Assembly: GCA_963802265.1 (NCBI GenBank)
Contig: CAWDIC010000007.1
Span: 169,608 to 193,607 of the forward strand
Direction: 5' to 3'
Source: an uncultured delta proteobacterium
Lineage (GTDB): Bacteria; Desulfobacterota; Desulfobacteria; Desulfobacterales; CAWDIC01
DNA length: 24,000 bases
Shown: in pieces, positions 23,073 through 24,000 of the stretch
How positions within the stretch are numbered: the stretch's first letter is position 1
Layout of the letters: each line of letters begins with the position of its first letter
Translations under genes and position numbers: made by a program
The notes under the pieces: generated by a model
The model's database searches: none
What the model was told of the DNA's origin: nothing
Seen by the model: the letters and a program-made list of their open reading frames with translations, nothing else

Positions 23073-23088
23073 AGGCACGCTATTTGCA
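23073..23088 (+). promoter_or_regulatory. Probable sigma-54 promoter AGGCAC-N5-TTGCA
   Basis: at AGGCAC gctat TTGCA ag has correct GG..GC spacing and one departure (A for T at the first position). It lies about 295 nt upstream of the activator gene at 23383. Confidence 0.5.
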
Positions 23089-23115
23089 AGTGACTAAAAT
23101 CAATAAAAAAAATAA

Positions 23116-23325
23116 CCACAGAGACACGAAGGACACAGAGCTAACTATCTATTATGTTTGTCGGGAGACGACGACAAACATAAAAACATCTTTAGTTCAT
23201 AAAGATTATAACTTTATATTTTCAATTGCTTAAATTTAAATTATTGGTATCAAAAGTTTTATCCAATCGTCGTCTCCCGATTGGATAAAAAATGTATAAT
23301 CTCTGTGACCTCTGTGCCTCTGTGG
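23116..23325. mobile_element. CTCTGTG-TIR element, copy E7 (variant loops)
   Basis: Left TIR CCACAGAGACACGAAGGACACAGAG versus right CTCTGTGACCTCTGTGCCTCTGTGG (21/25 as reverse complement). Hairpins 23152-23183 (loop GGAGACGA) and 23257-23290 (loop TCGTCTCC) have different stems. It lies between the sigma-54 promoter and the activator ATG. Confidence 0.75.
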
Positions 23326-23382
23326 TGGAATTAAATAAAAACCTGTTCAATCTGTGTGAATCAGTGTCCTTTAAATTGACAA

Positions 23383-24000
23383 ATGGCCAACAGCGATCAA
23401 CATAAAATAGTTATTCTCGAAAATAACCTCGAACGCCGAGATCTACTCCGTTCCTTTCTATCCGGCAACGGTTATACAACCATCTGTTTTGAAAAAGTGA
23501 ACATCTGTCTGGACAACATGCCGGTTCTGAATCCGGATCTTGTTGTCATCGGAAATCTAGTTAGAGATGAAACGTTACGCTTTATCAACGCGCTGAAGAT
23601 TTTAGATGGAAAGATACCGGTGCTCATTGTTTCGGACGATGCCATTGTTCAAAAATATGTAAATGATAATCGGTTTGATGCAATATCCATTAGATCCGAG
23701 TTGTCAGATGCAAAAAAACTAAAAGAGGTGATAAACGGTGTTTTAGCGAGTCGCCCAGAAAAAAAAGGCCGAACAAATAGTGCGATAATCATCGGCAATC
23801 ATCCTGAAATCATTAAAATAAAGAAAATAATCCATGATATGGCGCATTCGGATGAGCCGATACTTATTTATGGAGAGCCTGGAACCGGAAAAGAACTAAT
23901 TGCCAAAACCTTTTGTTTGGAATCTCAAAGGAAGGATAACCCCTTTGGACGGCTGGACGTTGAGAGCTTCCTATTGACAAACCAAACAACACCAGTTGAT
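23383..24000 (+). CDS. Sigma-54-dependent activator with a degenerate (pseudo-)receiver domain; 3' end outside the window
   Basis: Read by me from ATG 23383: MANSDQHKIVILENNLERRDLL...NPDLVVIGNLVRDE... The acidic pocket DD is replaced by EN, and the phospho-acceptor position reads G/N instead of D. Then comes IIGNHPEIIKIKKIIHDMAHSDEPILIYGEPGTGKE (Walker A). There is no obvious SD. Confidence 0.75.
   Translation, partial: MANSDQHKIVILENNLERRDLLRSFLSGNGYTTICFEKVNICLDNMPVLNPDLVVIGNLVRDETLRFINALKILDGKIPVLIVSDDAIVQKYVNDNRFDAISIRSELSDAKKLKEVINGVLASRPEKKGRTNSAIIIGNHPEIIKIKKIIHDMAHSDEPILIYGEPGTGKELIAKTFCLESQRKDNPFGRLDVESFLLTNQTTPVD

Overview
Chromosomal segment from a sigma-54-using Gram-negative bacterium. 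Gene content and repeat style would fit a Desulfobacterota-like genome, but that is a guess I cannot verify. Left part (1-5100): a frameshifted multidomain sensor gene, a ThiS/MoaD-ThiF sulfur-carrier pair, an AEC-family transporter and an NAD-dependent sugar epimerase. Centre (5140-12906): an aromatic amino-acid supraoperon on the + strand. It comprises class I DAHP synthase, a chorismate mutase-shikimate dehydrogenase fusion, aroA, aroK, aroC, tyrA and type II dehydroquinase. It is preceded by an unannotated 15-codon ORF (MNNFSGNYYFYYWLL) followed by an intrinsic terminator with mutually exclusive alternative helices, which reads as a classical leader-peptide attenuator. Right part (13000-24000): an RHH/MazF toxin-antitoxin cassette, a REC-PAS-HK-REC hybrid kinase, a LamG-VanZ membrane protein and a small Arg/Lys-rich protein. 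It also holds a SPOR-domain beta-barrel protein, a DUF4114-like PEP-CTERM protein behind a consensus sigma-54 promoter, a stand-alone receiver, a receiver-less sigma-54 activator, and a second activator with a degenerate receiver. The intergenic space holds at least three repeat systems not explained by the genes. (i) A ~43-bp double-hairpin element has 14 copies and a strongly gene-polar orientation. (ii) 200-240-bp inverted-terminal-repeat elements are built from CTCTGTGN octamer triplets plus hairpins with variable stems and conserved CCTCTCA/TGAGAGG loops. (iii) AACTGGCC / GGACAAC / GGACTNA short-period arrays lie in 5' leaders and across stop codons. About 25 single-base frameshifts, mostly at homopolymers, interrupt otherwise intact genes. 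This looks like assembly error rather than decay, so CDS coordinates are given as reconstructed spans.
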